DNA from: Cladosporium halotolerans | Lineage: Eukaryota | DNA length: 64,000 nucleotides | Assembly (NCBI RefSeq): GCF_011745625.1 | Contig: NW_027191463.1 | Location: 310,001 to 374,000 of the forward strand | Direction of reading: 5' to 3' | Shown: positions 61,046-64,000 of the stretch, in pieces | Layout of the letters: each line of letters opens with the position of its first letter | Position numbering within the stretch: the first letter of the stretch is position 1 | Made by a program: the position numbers and the translations under genes | The notes under the pieces: generated by a model | What the model was told of the DNA's origin: nothing | Database searches by the model: none | Seen by the model: the letters and a program-made list of their open reading frames with translations, nothing else

Positions 61046-61726
61046 ATGAAGTACCAGCTCGTCGCCCTCCCTGCCCTCGCGGCCACCGTCGCCGCTCAGG
61101 ACCTGTAAGCCAACCTCCATCGATCCACATCAACAAACCGCAAACTGACCTCACTCCCCAGCAACTCCATCCTCAACGTCCTCCAGACTGCCCTCCCCAG
61201 CTCCCTCGTCGCCGAGGCCATCACCAACTCCGCCGCCGTCGCGAGCGACATCTCCTCCCAGTTCGCCGCTGGCGAGACCCCCGCGTGGTTCACTGCCCTG
61301 CCCACCGACGTCCAGGGCTACCTCGTCCCGACCGACGCCGCCGGCCTGTCCTCTCTGACCTCCGCCGCGTCCGCCCTGACCTCCTCCCTGGGCAACATCA
61401 CCACCGGCCCCGGCCCTGTCACCACCGCGCCCCCTCTCGTCGGCACCGGCACTCTGCTCGGCCCCAACGTCACTGCCGCTGGCAACATGACGGGCATGCG
61501 CAACTCTACCATGGTCTCTAGCGCCACTCTCACCACCAGCACTTCGTCCGAGGACGCCAGCTCCACCGGCGGCTCCTCTGGCTCTGGTTCTGGTTCCGGC
61601 TCCGGCTCTGACTCTGAGAGCTCTTCCACTGCCACTGGCGACTCGGGCGCCGCTGCTCTGCCCACCGGCTTCCTCAGCATGGGTCTTGCTGGTGCCGTTG
61701 GTGTCATGGGCGTTCTCGCTCTTTAA
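61046..61726 (+). CDS. GPI-anchored Ser/Thr-rich cell-surface protein; intron 61105-61161
   Basis: Signal peptide MKYQLVALPALAATVAAQ, TPAWFTALPTDVQGYL motif, S/T/G-rich stalk and hydrophobic C-terminus GLAGAVGVMGVLAL*. Confidence 0.9.
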
Positions 61727-63515
61727 ATTGATCGCATCTGATCTGATATGATCTAAAAGTCGCTTGGGATATCTACCTCTACGGAGAGGACATCTGATCG
61801 ACGGAAAACCCTATTCTTCTCGTATATGGCGTTGGACATCCTAGGAGGGAACACGATGCCATTGTCATCTTTGCTGTACAGTCGTCGCTACCTAGCCCGG
61901 GTCGATCAGATCCGTGGCGTTGTCGGCTAGTGAAAAAGAACCACTCTATTAATTAATGTGTTTTACGATCCACTCCTCTTCCCGTCTTTCTTTCTTTCTT
62001 TCTCTTCGCCATCAGTGTGCATTTTTCTCGACAGCTTCCACATCGTGACACCGTCGCCGCGCTGAGCTGCCTTCCCATCGTCTCGTGCCCTGTTTTGTCG
62101 TTCCGACTAAACATCTCTCGACGGTTTGCACTGTCGCAAGGCGTCCAGCAACGCTCCCTTCCGTTTCCCGTCCACAACGTCCGCCACCCCCCCGTTCGTC
62201 CAACCCGGCCGTGTCTTCCGATCCAGTACCGTTACCGCACGGCGTGCCACAGGGCTTGCAGCCACCAACGTCGCCTCACCTCACCTCACTTCTTGAACTC
62301 GGCACGGCACGTCAGAGAATGGAAATCGGGATCCGTAGCTGGAATTTCTCGCCGGGCAATGGACGGATCTCACGAGTGAAGTCTGCGCTGTCATCGCGAA
62401 GTGGTGCTTCGGTGCGATTACCGAAGGCACGCACCCGTCGGAGCTCGTGGGTTGGCGGGTTCGCACAGCACGAGGCGCGTGCTACCACGCGAGCTATGCG
62501 CGCGACGCGCGAGTGGCAGCAGTGGCGATGTGTCTGTCCTACGGGAGTACTGTACTTCGTGGGACAGTCGCGTACGCGGAATACCTTGAGGCTTCGGACG
62601 TCGTATTACAACTAAGGTACAGCACGCGCGTGTAGCGGCAAGCTTCGAACGTGTTTACGACCACTCCCTGAACACACATCTATCGGATAGATGATCACGC
62701 GCTGTCGGATCGCAATCTCACTCCCAGAGCTATAGCTATAACTACAGCTACCTACCTTACCTTACGACGCGACCCCGATATCACAGCTCGAGCATTAGGA
62801 GTGAATCGGTGTGATGGTTTGTGACCAGCACGCAGACCCAACGGGCGAGCAGCAGAACTCTATATACATACCCACAACGACAGACTCAAGGCGCAGGCAT
62901 TTCGCGCCCGGCAAACTCATTCCGGAGGCGCGTCTATTTTCGACTCTTTTCGCAATCAATAAATCTGAGCGCTTCATCGAGGCTCGCTTGCCGTCAAGTC
63001 GCAGGGCCAGACCACCACATTGCGACATCCCTAGCCGGCGCCTTGATCCAGCAGGCGCCTGAGCTGCGATTGGCGGGCGGGCTCCGGCGGCACAGAGAGG
63101 GAGGGAATAGGAGCGCTGCGCGCCGCCGCCTGCCGCCGCCTCACCCTCCCGGACAACCACCAGCGCCCTCGCGCAGCCGGCGGGCAGTCCTAAGTGCGGC
63201 TTCCTGTCAGGGCATTGCCGGCGACGGCGTATGGGTACGGATGCTTGGATGGTGGCCTTCTTCTCCTATGCAGCAGCACCACGCCACGTGGTGGGAGCAG
63301 CAGAACGCGAGACATTATTACTGCGTGGCTGCATATGGTGGTGTTCGCTATAGTCGTATAGCGGCCGGCCGGCCGGCCGAATGCAGGTACCGTTGGGCGG
63401 TTCCGAGACAGCCAGGACAGGAACAGGAAAGGGAAGAGGAACCGGACCCTTTCGCTCGAGTCTCGAACCGGACGATCAGAGCCCTGCACACTTGCACTAC
63501 CCGACCCTTCAGATC

Positions 63516-63546
63516 TGCCTTGCCTTGCCTTGCCCTGCCCTGCCTT
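63516..63546. repeat. (TGCCT/TGCCC)n pentanucleotide repeat
   Basis: tgccttgccttgccttgccctgccctgcctt. Confidence 0.8.
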
Positions 63547-64000
63547 ATCGTCGGCGTGGGGGCGCTTTCGTCGAAAGCAGGCAAGCCGGGCACGTTTAGA
63601 CCGGCTGCTAACAGGCGCTGCTCGATGCGTGAAATGAAGATGCGCCGCTTCGTCCAATCCTCGCCGCAACTGCGGACGGACAAGGCGAAAGCCCCTTTGA
63701 CGGCCGCTATGCCGGTAGCGCCAGATGTGGCCCCGGCTGGCTGCAGGAGTAGAGAGGCTAGGGTGGTGCTTGGCGCCCCTTGAAGCTGCCCGCCTCCTTG
63801 AGTACCGGCGATTGGAGGTATTGGAGGTAGCATTATTATTGTCCATGTAAGATGGATGCATGCTACGCGCGCGCCAGCAGTGAGAGGTGCGCTGCCTGGG
63901 CGGGTGTGTGTGTAGCAATACTTCCTCTCTGCAGCACGCGATAGGCCGTCCAGCACTGTTAGTACATGCCAGCGCTTGTTTGTTTGGCGAGATTATTGGG

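Noticed and set aside
61727..64000. Overlapping 200-320 aa ORFs at the window end
   Set aside because: Low-complexity Arg/Ala/Pro-rich translations crossing microsatellites, with no codon bias or domain motifs.

Overview
Eukaryotic, gene-dense, GC-rich genomic DNA from a filamentous ascomycete. The short GT-AG introns with CTRAC branch sites and the gene repertoire suggest a Dothideomycete; this is inference. I reconstructed about 22 protein-coding genes by hand, including introns: a homeobox TF, TRM8, SSK2 MAPKKK, INO1, M14 carboxypeptidase, PRP5, a mitochondrial HMG-box protein, an AEC transporter, an Mpv17/SYM1-family protein, PGK, VPS9, an ASNSD1-like protein, a WSC-domain hydrolase, a UBE2S-like E2, NAT1, a Rieske-ferritin fusion, a fungal TF, tartrate dehydrogenase, a GPI protein and several hypotheticals. 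There is also one tRNA-Ser(AGA). I found no CRISPR array or recognisable intact transposon. The most interesting signals are invisible to the ORF track. (1) A spliced, ACG-initiated 31-codon uORF lies directly upstream of INO1 and is a candidate inositol-responsive regulatory peptide. (2) A cryptic intron overlaps the PGK stop codon and would create a PTS1-like (…RAAKTSLL) peroxisomal isoform. (3) A Rieske [2Fe-2S] + DUF455-like di-iron fusion of unknown function has a possible mitochondrial presequence. (4) PRP5 has two in-frame, stop-free introns, one with a non-consensus branch point. All family assignments come from motif recognition, not database searches.
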